In this document: positions 12,077 through 26,045 of the stretch, one piece after another
Numbering within the stretch: the stretch's first letter is position 1
Layout: each line of letters starts with the position of its first letter
DNA from: Novakomyces olei
Taxonomy: Eukaryota
DNA: 64,000 nucleotides
NCBI GenBank assembly: GCA_016906335.1
Contig: JADEYG010000001.1
Span: 1,240,001-1,304,000 of the forward strand
Direction: 5' to 3'
Notes under the pieces: generated by a model
Databases searched by the model: none
Told to the model about the DNA's origin: nothing
What the model saw: only the letters and a program-made list of their open reading frames with translations
Position numbers and translations under genes: made by a program

Positions 12077-12250
12077 TTCATATCTGTGATTCACATCTGA
12101 CTCACAACTGTTATTCACATCTGTTATTCACATCTGTGATTCACATCTGTGATTCACATCTGACTCACAACTGTTATTCACATATATAATTCACAACTGT
12201 TATTCACATCTGTAATTCACATCTGTAATTCACAGCTGTAATACACACTG
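12077..12250. repeat. Degenerate 13-bp minisatellite (ATTCACATCTGTG and variants), about 13 units
   Basis: Direct inspection: ttcacatctgtga, ttcacatctgtta, ttcacaactgtta, ttcacatctgtaa units. Confidence 0.9.
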
Positions 12251-12544
12251 TCTACGTTTGTACTTTACTCTGGTCTACACTTGAAATTTACATTTGAGAT
12301 TTACACACATGAGATTTGCGCTTGTGTATTACTTTTCCTGGGCTGCACAGAGTCCAATGCTAAATACGGGTACATGATTATTAGGGTAAACCGTTGCTCT
12401 CTATGCACAAATCTTGCTGCACGACCGTAAAAGTCGTGTCTCGCCTTGGCTGTAAACCCAATAGCAATGGGCGAACCCTTCAACTTTTGTCCGTATCAAA
12501 GTATGAAGAAGACAGTTCCCCGTACCTGTTGGTAAGCAAATAAT

Positions 12545-13403
12545 TTAAACAAATAATCGCGTTATAAACCAAGAAAACCCGTCATACACCCAATATTGAA
12601 CGCCGAGGTAGCAGTCAAACGCCATTTGAATAAGCGCACAGATCTGGAACTGTTTCGAAATGTTGCTGCGACCGATAAAAAGAATAGTCTTGAAAATATC
12701 GCCGCTGAGCCACGCCAGGAGTACGGAAAACCTGAACCCACTAACGGATTTATTTTCGTTTATCAATAAAATTTGCGGTATCGGGAGGCACGCTTCCGTC
12801 CCCAGGGCCTGATGGTATTAGCCGACAGCAACCACAATAAAATGTACCAAAAACCCTAATAATTCGACGAAAAACCGAAACTTTCCAAGCAGGATTTGTA
12901 GCAGGCTGAGTACGACAACGAGCCCGGTTAAAAACTGCAAGTTAGTAAACGCGACCCGAGTGTGGCCGTACGTTCCAGTACTGCTCCTGTTTGTGCCACC
13001 GCCAAAAATCGTACGGGCGCCGCCGTTTGTAAGACCCCGACCAGGAATTGGGACGGTAAATGAGCGAAACCCTCAGGAGAACCGTCTACAGTGAGTAAGT
13101 ATCAGCTAAAGCAAGGCAGACGTACCTGCACAGCGATCATAACAATTGCCTGCAAGAAAAGAGGCACACGGTAGCGGTCTCCGAACCAAAAGAACACGCG
13201 CAGAATTGACGATATAAGCATAATGCCAGAGACGTCAGGGTTGAAGCCGGCCGAGGATTGGCGTCGGTGGATCGAGTATACAAGATCCGCATAGCTCGTA
13301 ATTGGAGTGACCACTGCGCCAAGATTAGTACTGCGCACCGCCAAAAGTGCCAAATACCGAGGAATATATCAATAAGCGTAGACACTAATTGCGCAAAGGC
13401 CAT
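12545..13403 (-). CDS. PQ-loop repeat membrane protein (Any1/PQLC1-like), multi-intron
   Basis: TPITSYADLVYSIHRRQSSAGF...ILRVFFWFG; RRPYDFWRW; EACLPIPQ; KSVSGFRFSVLLAWLSGDIFK. Confidence 0.88.
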
Positions 13404-13816
13404 TGTCCCAGTTTTCTCGTTTTGCGGTCAGCGCCGTATCTGATTCGCGCTACCGCGTCAGAGTGCCAACTGTCCAAGTATGGCTGCACGCAATGTTACT
13501 TGTGCACAATATAATTCTAAAATCTCGGATATTTGTCATGTGCCCGGCTATTTGTACACGTAGTCTACTGCTCTAAACCACTATCCACACTTGTGGTTAG
13601 TGTAACCCAAGCACATGCATAGATCTTTGCTACGCCTCCATACTTGTAGCCTCCTTTTGATACTGTATACTTTTATTCTGGCGTATATACTCGAGTAGTG
13701 ATTATACAGTGTCGATTTTATTTTCCATACATGTTGCGCGTGTGCGTAATTTATCAAAGTTAAAATGTCATTTGCAAAGAGTACACTAATGATCAGATAA
13801 CGAGCGACACGCGCCA

Positions 13817-15131
13817 ATGGCTGTGAACGCGTCTGCAACGGGTACTGCGACGCTGCAAAATGCTCAAACTGCCAATTTGCCTGACATCAATGTACCTATA
13901 GTATGATCTCGCTTGTTTTATGTTTTCAATTTATTTCTACCCTGATTAAAGTTTGTTTCGCGAGACTAACAAATTGAAGGTGGCATTGCGCGCTGATAAA
14001 AGAATTGCCGATGCTAAGCTCGTCACTGCCAATATTTCAGGGATACTAAAACGCCCCATCGATTCTCAAAGTACGCTACTCTCTGCTTTACTATTATCCG
14101 CCCTGGTTTTATCAAGATTTCAGGCCAATTCCTACTTGGCATCTTGACATCTTGCTAACCCACTCTCAGAATCCTGGACAGACCAATTGCAAAGGCTTTT
14201 GCGCTCCTTGAGGGAGTACGTTGACGGAAATAGCACGGCTATTCTGCAGAGACAAAATGTAGGGCTACTCTAAAGCCAAATGATTGACTTTCTAGGCAAT
14301 TTTTGGAAGAGACATGAGCCGAGTGCAACGGCTCATCGACGAGGCTAATGGCAAGGCTACTCAGAATATACGCGTCCTGACAAACGAGACAAGGCGACTT
14401 GCAAATGGTAAAGCATTGTTCTGCCTTTCAAATATTTTATGTATATAACAATTAATAATTATTATTATTATATTCTTTTTTCTTTTTTCTTTTTTCTTTT
14501 TTTTTTCTTTTTTTGATTTTTGATTTTCGAGAGTTTTTTATTTGTTATTTATAATTTATTAATTGTCTCTATTCCACGAATATTATTTTCGAATACATCT
14601 AACACACATTTAGAGTGCACTCCAACGGCAGATTTATCGGTGCTTACCTTTGAAACGACTGCACGTGTCTTGAGCCTTTTACAGCAGGTAGAAGCCCTTT
14701 TGCCGCACGAAACTAGGCGAAAACTGGTACGGGAACGACGTCAAAAATGTCCTAGTTTAGACGCCCGCCTAAGTGCCAAAGCACATCATAAGTCACCGAT
14801 AAAAGCGTCCCGTAAGACCGGTAAATCTGCTCTTTATATCGATGCTCCAATTGGGCTCAGCCTGAAGACGGTGGCGCCCGCGAGGACAAGCGATGGAGAA
14901 ACCGGGTTTCCCAGGGCAAGAGAATTTGAGAGTGCGTCTATCCGCACTCAGTCTGTTGCCTCGAGAAAATCAAACTGGACAGCGAGTTTGCGCAGATGGA
15001 TTCCCGGACAAAATCATCGAGATACGCTAGGAAATCATGAAGGCAGTACCTCTAATGAATCAGCAGCTGAACGATTAAAACAGGTCATGGGAAGAAGAGC
15101 ACAAAGTGAGCATTTTGCAAGGAATCGTTGA
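13817..15131 (+). CDS. Hypothetical coiled-coil protein, possibly BORCS5/LOH12CR1-like; 5 exons
   Basis: Four GT-AG introns with CTAAC/TTGAC branch sites give a continuous frame from ATG 13817 to the 15131 stop; family call from remembered resemblance only. Confidence 0.6.
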
Positions 15132-15507
15132 ATGTCTGCAAAGCGTTTACTATAGAGCATATTTAGACTTTTGTCTTGCATTTTCACTATTCTATACTAT
15201 ATGTTTATCCTGCATCATCAGCGATATTTTGTGATTACCAAAACTTTTTAGAGACTTCGTTTTCATTTGGCGTTTTGTGCATCGCTCTTTTTTAATTTTC
15301 CATATTTTTTTTTACACTTTTTATTTCCTTTTTCTCCCTATTTACTTTTGTTTATTGTGCGCCTTTTATTCTACTTGTTTATCATCGGTTAATTGTCAAC
15401 ATCATCTGATAAAGCAAACCAGACGGCATTTTCTCCTTGTACATAATCAAGCGTTACATTTATGTTGTTCAATAATGAATATTACTCTTTAAAATTAAGC
15501 ATTTGCC

Positions 15508-18500
15508 CTACTCGCTAGTATGTTGTCGACCTTCTGGGTTGGAATCGACCGGTGCAGCCGCATTTCCGCCTCGATCAAACTGAAAACTGCCGATCCGTTT
15601 CATTACAGACTTGGCCATCGCATCAACTGCGCCTCGTGGATTAGCCAAACTCGGAGAAGCGGGAGCTTCCTCTTTGACTTTAAACAAGCGCACTTTAGTA
15701 CCCGTCCAAATGCCCTCTGATCCAACGGAAGAACTGGCCTCTGAAACGTAAATGTAGCCCCACAGGAGGCTTTCAAACCAAAGAACGGCTTGCTCTCCCC
15801 ATATTAGAGTTCTGGGATTGGGTGAACGTTCAAGCAGTCCTCTGGGCTCGTACCCCTTTATATAATCCAATACGGCTTGCGGCTCCCCGTTATTCTCAGC
15901 CAGTATTTTTTGCACTTTTGGCTCCAACTGATCAATTACAGAGAGGATAGAGTGTAAATCCAGCTTTGAATGCCACCCCTCCACCCATTCTTGAGTAGGA
16001 ACAAAGCCCGCCTGAGTTGCAGGAACAATATTTACAAGGTCAAATCCGCTCTTAAACGACGCAGAAGGAGGTAGCGATGGGCTAGTCACCATTGAGCTCT
16101 CGCTCTTACGCGCCTTATGCTCTGGCAGTTTGCCCCGTGCTTTTTCCGACATGATTCTGTGCTGTGCATGGTACCCATCCGGTTTGAAAATGCCAGAGTC
16201 AACTGAAGATCTCTGCGAAGACACACGCGAGCTTAGTATAGTAGCCATTGCCTCCTCCGTCGGCTTTACTACTGCTGTAGAACTCTCATCATCCGAGTCA
16301 TCGTCGTCGATTCCAAACGGCGTCGTGTTAGTTGAATCGCTTGTAACGTTTGACGCAATTGAGCTCTTGCGTAAGTCCTGGGTACTTGACCGAGCTGACT
16401 GCGTCTGCAATTGGACTCCTTGTTCTTTTTGCTTTGACAAGGCATACACTTTTTTCTTTGCCGCCTCAAGATCGAAATCACGGATGCCGTAAAACAGATT
16501 TCGCGATCTGATTGTAGCATAAACAATGTTGGGGTTTTCTGTTGACGGTTAGAAAGAGAAGATACAATTATGTAATTAGAGATAAATAGTTGAAAACACA
16601 GTAATAATTAAAATGTTATAATACAACACAAAATCAAAGGAAAGTAAATCAAATCAACACAGCTTGAATTAAGTCAAGGTAGTTTGAAGTGATTCAATAA
16701 AGTATCCAAGAAGTCATAAAGAGAGTATAAAATAGTCAAAAGTGTAAACATGTAAATCTCTACTTACCTCCAAAATGCCTCTCCAAAATTCCGCTGAGCG
16801 CCTCCAGAAGGTAATGCAAAAGGACGTGATTAGATTCGTTAGCCAGCAGGAAACTAGGGCTGGCAACTGCTGATAGAAGCTGCATTAGCTTTGTAGACGC
16901 CGCGACAGACGTATACTTGAGGTAGGGACCCACATTAGACAAAGACAAAAACAAAGCAGGATATATTGTCGTTAATGAGCCCTTGGTCGTAGCAATAAGC
17001 GTGTAGATTGAAATAATCAAAAAATCAGCATACGTGCCATGAAACGCGGGCACACGCATGCTGACAGGCAGGGAAGAATTGTTTTCAAAATTAGTATTGA
17101 GCAGTGAGCAAAACTTTGCGTCAGCACTAAGAGGCTGTAGAATAAATGCACATAAACGAACAAGCCCAACTTGGGCCTGGTCATTTCGGTACTCTAGTGC
17201 ATAGTATAAGAGCAAAATCAAAAAGTCTAAAACTCTGGAAGTGTCGATAAGAAATGTCTTGAGCCTTCGATTTTGCTGTAAAAACTCAAGAAAAATCATA
17301 AGCATTTCAGGCTGAAGGCGCAAATGCCGCTGTCCACTCAGCAAAAAGCTAAGCGGTCCATTAAAGGGTTGGCCGAGAACTCTGCTTATTCCGTCCAGCA
17401 CAAACTGGAAATCATTTGCCCGGTGAAGCTTGCCGATATAAAAGCGATACATGTTTATTACCTGGTCTGGATTGAGAGAATCGACCTTGTGAGAAAATGC
17501 TTGAACGTCTCCAGATCGGATTGGAAACGTAATCAGCACCAGAAAAAGCTGAGTTGAATAAGTCGTGACCAGCTGCCTCGGGTCATTGAATCCGACATGC
17601 GTATACGGAATAACCCAGCTGGCAGGGTTAAACTTCATCACCTTTGCTACGTTAGCCACTGATTTTGCTGGCAAAACTTACAGTATTCAGCAAAGAGCAT
17701 AAAACAGAAAGAACAATTTTTTTGTCCATGAAGGATACAAGGTACACCAATGCACGACCACCTTGTTCATCTATATAGCGCAGTCAGCACTCTGAATAAT
17801 CGTTACGCCTGATTTTTGACACTTACCAAAATTTCTGTATATTTTCTCACAAACAAAGGCTAGAATGGCTCGCAGCACTTCGATTCTATTAGCCTCAATA
17901 TCCCTCGTCACGCCCATGGGCACATTGCACCCGACACCTGTCTCCCTGTTTTGTCAGAAATCCCGATAGTTATATCACTCGATTTCAATTTTTTCTCGGT
18001 TTGTACTTCCAGTTATATATATACTTTTAATTATTATCATTATATATATATATTTTTTTTCACTAAACTTTCGTAGATTTTGGTTAATTATTATGCTTAT
18101 TCTTTCTCGACTTACCAAATAGAATAGGATATCTTGCCATTTGGTGTAGCGAGTTCAGACGGAACAGTGAAGCCAGCGAAAAATAAAAGATCCACCAGGC
18201 AGTCTAAGAGACATTCTGACAAGCAACTCGGAAGCTGTTTCTGCAGAGCCTCGGAGACTGCACTTGCCGGTGCTTCAGCTGCATCCGACGAATGTGTTTC
18301 GGACATATTGCTTTCGTTCTCGACTGATTTTGCAGCAATATCTTTTACTTCCGCCTCACTTTGTTTTGACCACCAATAATTTATAATGTCATTCTCTCCT
18401 CCCGGCTCTTCGTAAATAATAGGCATAACCCGGGCGATAACTCGAAGGCAATTGAGAACTTGCTTCGTCGCTATAGGATCATCGACAAAATTGCCCTCGT

Positions 18501-18872
18501 TTTTAAGGTGGATAAGCCGACGCACCACTTTGGTAAGCAGAGTCCGCAGATTCTTTTGGCTTTTATCGCGAACATTGCGTGCGTCCTGGATAGTGAATAG
18601 AGTAAAAACATCTTCAGCAGATTCAGGCAGAATTAACAGCTATTTCAGTGAGTAGAAAGGCCAAAGTATCATAAAATACCTGCTCCCAGCACTCGTCATC
18701 GTCCGGTATATCCTAATGTCGCTTGTTAGTCCTGCTGAGAAATTTGGGGCGAATGCTTCCTACTTGATCTTCAAACAGCCTTAGAACTCCACGCCGAAAA
18801 TTCAGCCTTGAAAGTGATCAGTACAGTAAAATGGTAAAGCGGAACAAGATACTTGGAGTCCTGAGCGCCCAT
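15508..18872 (-). CDS. HID1: HID1/Ecm30 family Golgi protein, multi-intron
   Basis: Myristoylation-type start MGAQDSKLNFRRGV; VLNCLRVIARVMPIIYE; FHGTYADFLII; IWTGTKVRLF. Confidence 0.92.
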
Positions 18873-19017
18873 TGCTGCTCACGGCGCGTTTACCGTGGAA
18901 ATGCCGAAGTCGTTACTCGTATGAAATGGCACTACGTTGCAAACCGTTAGTGATGTAACGTAAATAGATATGCACTTGAATAGATCACACTATTAACGAA
19001 GGTTGCTTCAAGTAACA

Positions 19018-19141
19018 AACCCTACCTAACCCTAGCTATCCTTATTTTTTCCCCGCCAATACATTTATTGCGCATAACTGCTCGTTATTATTGATAAATT
19101 CTGGATTATAATATGATGACCCTAACCCTAACCCCTAGCCC
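19018..19141. promoter_or_regulatory. Two telobox clusters upstream of HID1
   Basis: AACCCTACCTAACCCTAG (19018) and ACCCTAACCCTAACCCCTAGCCC (19119). Confidence 0.55.
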
Positions 19142-19775
19142 AATTCGCATTATCTCGTTATATTTGATCACAACTTAGCTTCTGCGAAGCAAGTGACAAA
19201 GTTGAAAGGTTCATTTGGCTGATGTTTCGCTTTGAATTGCTATTGTAAAAGCCATTTGTATTCTTTTATACACTTGAATTTGCTAGAGTACTTGTGTACG
19301 AACGAGCAGGCGTTAAATTCAATAATATCGAGCTTGATATACGATTTTCAAGCGACCGAGCTAGCAAACTTACATTAATGCTTTACATTAGAGGAAAATA
19401 GTATTAAAGATTGATTATTATACAAAAGGGACCAGCTGCGAAAAGATGATTATTTTTCCACTAAATACCAAGCTACAATTATTAATTTGCTTTTACTTTC
19501 CCTCTCGTCAATTTGAGTCTAATCTTTTACCTTGTAATGCAACATTTTATGCGGATCATTAAATGCCTGCTCAAATCATGTATTCTAACTTGCAACTTCT
19601 AAGGTAAGCACGCGTCGGCCAATGCTCAAATCGCCGACATATCCCAGATATAAAAGGGCAAACATGTATGCATTATATCATCCGCTTTAAAATCAAAAAT
19701 AAATAAAATATTTTTTTTTAAAAAAAAAAAAAACAAAAAATCTCATTATTGAATAAATTCATCTTCATTACGTTG

Positions 19776-22700
19776 TCACATATGGACAAACTCAAAAGAA
19801 TTCCCTCCCCCAGGGTTTGGGCTCACAGTGTAAGACCCAGATCCGGTGGTATTCAAATCATTTACCGAGACAGGGCCGTTATTTTCATGCTGCCATACCT
19901 GTGCAAATTCCCCATTAACGGTCTTATTAATGGCCCCGTTAATGGGACCAGTGTCTCGATTGCTGATGGAATAGCCCATTGAAGCACGGTGCAATTCCGC
20001 GCTTGAGCATGTCGGACACATAAAGCATTGCCCCCTAGTGTTAACCGTTTCCTGTGACAGACCAGCGCAATTATAATGAAAAGCATTTTTGCAAATCACA
20101 CACGCACAAGCTGTTGCAAATGATCCCTGGAAATTTGTGGATGGTAAAGGTTGCCTGCAGACGCAGCACATCCTAGTTTGTTCTGCAAACACCTTTATTT
20201 GATGTGGATAATCGCGGCCATTGCAAAGTAAAGGCAACTGGCCCGCATTCTCGTGTTGTGTGAGCAGTGCGGTAGCATTCTGGTAGGGTTGCTCTGGCCG
20301 GACATGAATAAAAGCACGAGCGTCAAGGTCATTATGGACTCTAGTCATGCTACCCGCGACGTCAGGCTTGGGTCGCTTACGCTGCCTTTTACCTTCGCCC
20401 ACAGTCTCGTCGATGAGTTGAGGCGGATCAAGAGAAAGGGGAAAGCGTTCATGCAGGGCCATGCGCAAAGCATTGATCTCTTTGGCAAACAGAATGGATG
20501 CGCCTTCCATCTTTCTCAGATAGTGTCTCATATCGTTGCTGCTAGCGCTTGTGCGCTCAACAGACGGCAATATCTCTGTCTTTAAATATTCACAAAACTC
20601 TTCGCCTGTGCCAACTACACGCTCAAGCACACAAAATTCGGCCGGGACAAACGGCAGCTTGTAGGCCTCCTTCAACAGCCGCTGCAAGTCCTCCAGCCGT
20701 GGCCTTGGAGTCGTGTGTGGAACTTGTCCCGAATAATCACACATAGGACATACAAAATGGTCTTCAGCGGCAATCGCCTTCTTTGAGAGCCGTAGACACT
20801 TTGCGTGGTACCATTCATGGCAGACTTCGCATTCTACCATCATGCCTTGCTCCGGGTTTCTACAAAAACAAAATAATTCTTTTTCTACCACAGCCACTGC
20901 GGGCCCAACATTGTCCTCACTACCCTCCTCAGTGCCGTTATGCACAGCACCCTTCTGCGCTTGTGCCGGACCTTTATCGCTGAGTGAAAGACATTTGGCG
21001 TTGTAGTGCTCTGTGTCCGTCAGCAATCGCTCCAGAGTCTCTGAAGAAGCCATAGTTTTGCCATAAAGTTTCTTGCCTTTTCGGATCCATTCGTTCACGC
21101 AGCGCACATTTGACAAAAACCCAGCAGCTTGCTCGTTCATGAGCGGAAGTGCATCCAGTCTCTTTTTCAAGAGAAGCGCCTCATGCATACTCGGTCTCTG
21201 CCGGAACTCTTCGTTGCCCGTTCGCGAACAAAACTTGGCCAGGTGGTCCATTGCGTCTTTCAACTCTACTACTTTATCGTCCAGGGCCTCAAAGACGGCC
21301 TGCGACAGCGAAATCCGGTCCGTGTTGTCTAATACTAGTTCCAGGGCTTCCACACTCGCACCGGTTTCTGCCTGCAAACAGAGCTTTACGTACGAGTCCC
21401 ATCGCTGCCCGACGCGGATACGCACAGCGAGCCTTTGCACATAGAGGTTGGTGCTCGGGATATCGCACTGCCCAGCTTCGTCGATCAGAGCACACAGCGT
21501 CTCCAGACTCGTGTGCTCGTCCGCTTCATATGTCGCATTAAATTTGTCGACCCATTCAAGTTGCGCCACGTGCCTTTGTATTGCATCAACAACACTCAGA
21601 TCAAGGTTGAAGGTTCTGCCGTGCTCCACCATTTGCCGCCATTTCCCAATCCCAACAGAATCCTGATCCATTAAGCCTGAGGCTTCCTCGACGTACTGCT
21701 CCACACTGCCGATTTTCTGCTTCAACAGATCACATTCAGGCGCATCAAAGGCAACAAGATCCAATCGTGCAGCCAGATCCTTCATTCCGGCCAGCGTAAG
21801 ATGGGACTTGGAGCCGGATTCCGCTTCAGCCGTATCTGCTCCCGCACTACCCGGCCTGTGTGACCTTCTTCTCCACACGAAATCGTTCTTCCGTCTGTCT
21901 ATATGCCTCTTGGCGATATACACTGTAGCCTCTTCCACCATTTCCGTAGCCTTTTGCACAAATTGCCTTAATGGCTCAATCCGTGGATCATTAAACTGTA
22001 ATCTCTCACTGTCGCTCAGTAGGGAACGCAGCGACTTGAGGCTCGGACGAGTATGAGACATGACCTCTTCGTACTTGCCCAGCCAGCGATCAGGGACCTG
22101 TGCTCTGTCTTGCAGGCCTTTTTGCATTTTCAACAGATCTTGGCCAGCGTATCGCATGCGCAGTACCATTGCACCAGAAGCAGCCAAACTGGGATCCTCT
22201 CCTGCATGTTCCAAGCACAATACTACGGCATTATCGTCCGATGTAACCTGACTTAGGTAGCAAAAGACATTGCAGACAGAGCATTGGTACTGCGACTCTG
22301 TCAGATCCTTTTCCAAGACAATCTGCTCTATTCCGGGGTAGTGCTGTAAAATGCCTTCACGATGACCAAGCTCCTTGTCCACCATGGCACTGAACAGAGG
22401 CGCTAGCCAAGTTGCTGTCTGAATGGAATCGTCACAAAGACATATTGTACATAGCAATTCATCGTGTGAAAAGCAAGGCGCTCTCTTGTACTCTTTATAC
22501 AGCTGAACGGATCCCAGACTGAAGCCCTCGCTTGCCCAGTCAGAAGTCGCAAAATTTACCGCCTCGTTTACATTGAATCCGTGATTAAAGCCAGAGTGAT
22601 AAGCCTTTGGGAAAGTGATTATAAACTCGTTGGGATGCTGGTCAGCAGCATAAACGTGTACACCTTCCTGCATCAGACGTTGAGGGCTGATCATTGTTAC

Positions 22701-24418
22701 TAGCTGGAACAAAAGATCCGGTTGCTGATCAAACAAGTCGGGCACTCCTTTCCGCATAGCCTCTTCGAAAAAGGCCGCATCGTCCCCCGGTACACCATAC
22801 CAAGTTTTCGTATCGCCCATATGCTGATAATTAACAGAGTAAGTGTGATGATCCTCATTGTGCCAGCAAAAAGTGGAAAAGCACATGCCCACGTATATCC
22901 AGGGTATAGTCATGCCCGAAATATCGTTTTTAATATACCGCAGCAAAGATTGCCGGGCTATAGGCATTATATTAAGGTTCCATTCGTCTGCAGAGTAGGG
23001 ATCAAGCGGCTGTTTTTCCAGTGTCGGGAAAGCACTGCCGTGTGTGGTTGAATGGATATCAGCACCATACTCGACTTCTATCGAAGTATCTGGACTCTCT
23101 AATAGCCGCCAGAACTCTCTTTCAACCGCATCTTCAGAAACGCAATTAAACCCTCCGGGTTCCTTTGAGAAGGTTTGGAAATACTTCCTTTTGAACGCAT
23201 CCGCCTTTGTGCAAAACTGTTTGAGGGAGTAGACATCCCCATCCTCAAACCCGAACTCCCCTGTGCCCACCACACATCGGTCACAGTACCATTCGTTTTT
23301 GGGGATCTTTTGCAACGGAGGATCTAGACATCCCATATGGTACCCATCGTCACACTCGTCACAGAGAATAATAGTGCTTGGATGATCGCCTTTTCTACAA
23401 ATTTCACATACTTCTCCAGGCTTTGGTGTTTCACCTGGCTTTACTATTTCTTCCAATTTCGCTCCTTCTGCAACAGGTTTAGCCTTTTTTACAGCCGGAG
23501 AAAGAGGAGAGGGTGCACTTCTAACCCTTTTCCTTGACCCCACTTGCTCAGCTTCGTCACTGGTGGTCTCAGAAAGGTTCAATTCCGATGCCACTGATTG
23601 CACACGTTCACGCTGCTGAGCTGGAGTCCTTGGAGAGCTTTGTGCACTGGCAAGGTGCGCCTTTGCCTTGGCCACATATTGCTCATAGGGAGCAATAATC
23701 CGAAAATATACTAGCTCCAGAGCTTCAACGGTGTCAATAACGTTTTGCTCTGCGTACTTCATATCGCGCGCAATCACAGACCAAAAGGCCTTGGAATCAG
23801 GACGAGCCCTGGTGCCGTGACGCTGAACCGCTCTCTTCAAAGCGTAATAGTCCACTGACTTGCCGTTTACAGTAGGAATGTTGTCAGTATCGGTGCCTCG
23901 TAAAGTATGGAACCGGTAAAGTTGTTCCAAGTAGTTTGTCCGATCACGAAAGATACAGTTCATTTCATTCAACTCTTGTTTTCGAGATTTGAAAAGAAAA
24001 GTCTACACGTCAGAAAAAAGCAAAGCAAAAGAATATGAAGAAAAGGGGAATTTAGGTAAAACATAAATTGAACAATATACATCGTAGTAGAAAAGCTTCA
24101 AATCCACCATATCTACTGCGAATTCCATACCTCTGTATCAATGGCGAAAGGTGGCTTCCACCCTTCAGGAGGAATTATCTTTGCCAGTCCGTACTTCTTC
24201 CCGACCTTTGCTATCCTTTCGATATACGCCAATGGATCCTCAAACTCTTCCCGGCTAGGTCGAAACGTCGGCGCTTCTTGAAGCCCAAATATTCTTTTTC
24301 CAGGCGGCGCAGTTGGCCGCGAATGCTCGTATTTCTTATTCAAGGCATTGATATCAAGAGGCTCCGCTTGCCCATTAGACTGTGTCTGGCGCAAACCCGA
24401 GCCTACCACGGTCGGCAT
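19776..24418 (-). CDS. lid2: KDM5/JARID1 family H3K4 demethylase (JmjN, ARID, PHD, JmjC, C5HC2, PLU-1, 2 PHD); one intron about 23993-24130
   Basis: EAPTFRPSREEFEDPLAYI (JmjN); PWIYVGMCFSTFCWHNEDH...FPKAYHSGFNHGFN (JmjC, intact H-x-E...H); three PHD fingers. Confidence 0.95.
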
Positions 24419-25058
24419 GCTTTAACTTTACCCAAACCTTTTCGAAAGCGTTTGCGTAGCTGAAAAATAAAGTGTATACAACCCACACTCTTCGAAAAAA
24501 AAATAAAAAGGTCTAATAAAACAAACGCTGCAAATTTCTCTACAGATCAGTAAAGCCGCAAGCTGCTTTGCCAAAAGCCGCTGCTCACACTTCCAAGCCA
24601 ATCGTCAATTCCATTTAGAAAAGAATCCTTAATGACGATTTAGTAAGGCGCTCTATAACGGTCGACGTGCTCATGTGACGTGGGAAAACCCTGTCCAACC
24701 GAAAGTGTAACGTGCTACTGTATATGATGATACTTGATAATATTTGGCAAATTGGTTAATCTAAATCGCTTCGTTTCTGATACAATTTTTATTGTTCCAT
24801 TTTATTTTTACTAACCCCGATTTTATTAATTTAGGGTATACACATTGATTAATATACATTGATTAATATATATGTACATTTAATATATGTAGATAAATTA
24901 TGCATTTCTTCTGGCTTCATTGCTATAAGAAACACGTGAAATATATTTGGTTATCGCAAATATATAATAATCAGTCATTTTCGATACAACTTATCCCAAA
25001 CACAAGACACGAGGTGATCATTGTTTAAGCGTGCGCGATCTGACAGCTTTGGCCCACT

Positions 25059-25911
25059 ATGTCTGAGCGAAAGGTGCTCAACAAATACATCCCGCCGGAC
25101 TTTGATCCGTCAAAGATCACACGGCACAAGAACACGGGAAAGCCGAAATCAAAACAGCTCTCTACGTAAGTCTTTATTGGCAATTAAAATTTGTGATAAA
25201 CCAGAGCGCTAACTCGAGTCTAGTGTCCGGCTAATGACGCCTTTTTCTATGCGCTGTAACACGTGTGGCGAGTACATCCATTCGGGCAAAAAGTTCAATG
25301 CTCGAAAAGAGCTTACGGGAGACTTTTACTTCAAAATCGAGATTGTACGCTTCTACATCCGCTGTCCTTGCTGCGCGTCCGAAATATCCTTTAAAACCGA
25401 CCCAAAAAACGCAGATTACTCTGCTGAGCATGGAGCACATAGGCCGTATGAGAGTACGGGCTGGCGGTTGACAGCGATACAGAAAGACGAAGAAGAAAAA
25501 GAAGAACGTGCGGCAGAGGAGACGGCTATGAACAAGCTTGAAGCCAAAACCTTGGAGAGCCAGATCGAAATGGAGCAGATGGATGCTTTAGACGAAATGC
25601 GTAGTAGAAATGCTCGTGTTGAGCGAGCTGACTCGGTGGCTATTATGGAACAAATTCGGTTACGGACTGAGAGAGAGCAGGCTGATGCAGCAAAGGCAGA
25701 GGAGGAAGAATTAGAAGCTCGAGCGCGTTCTGCTTTCAAGCGAGACGAAGATGGGAACATCATTAGAAAGGCAGGCTCAGAAGAAGCAGCTGCGTCTCCT
25801 TCAACTTCGTCTCCGGCTTCAATCGGCAGCATTTTTAAAACCAGTACAATCAAGCGACGCCCTACTAATGCCGCAAATGGAGCTACAAAGAAGAAAAAGG
25901 TTATCGTATAA
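25059..25911 (+). CDS. cwf16: Splicing factor Cwf16/Yju2 (CCDC94); intron about 25167-25223
   Basis: MSERKVLNKYIPPDFDPSKI; VRLMTPFSMRCNTCGEYI..GKKFNARKE; FKTDPKNADY. Confidence 0.95.
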
Positions 25912-26045
25912 GTCGGCGCTTTGAGGTGGATTTTTATGATAAAGCCCAAGAGGGTTTAACGCTTACAATACCATTTGATCGTGTGTTAAATGTTTGATAA
26001 CAAATATCAAGGAAGAAAGCGTATTCAACATTTCTACTCTATCAA

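Noticed and set aside
3448-18872. Apparent cluster of trafficking genes (APM1, VPS37, PQ-loop, BORCS5-like, HID1)
   Set aside because: This is a large functional class interleaved with unrelated genes, with no evidence of a real cluster.
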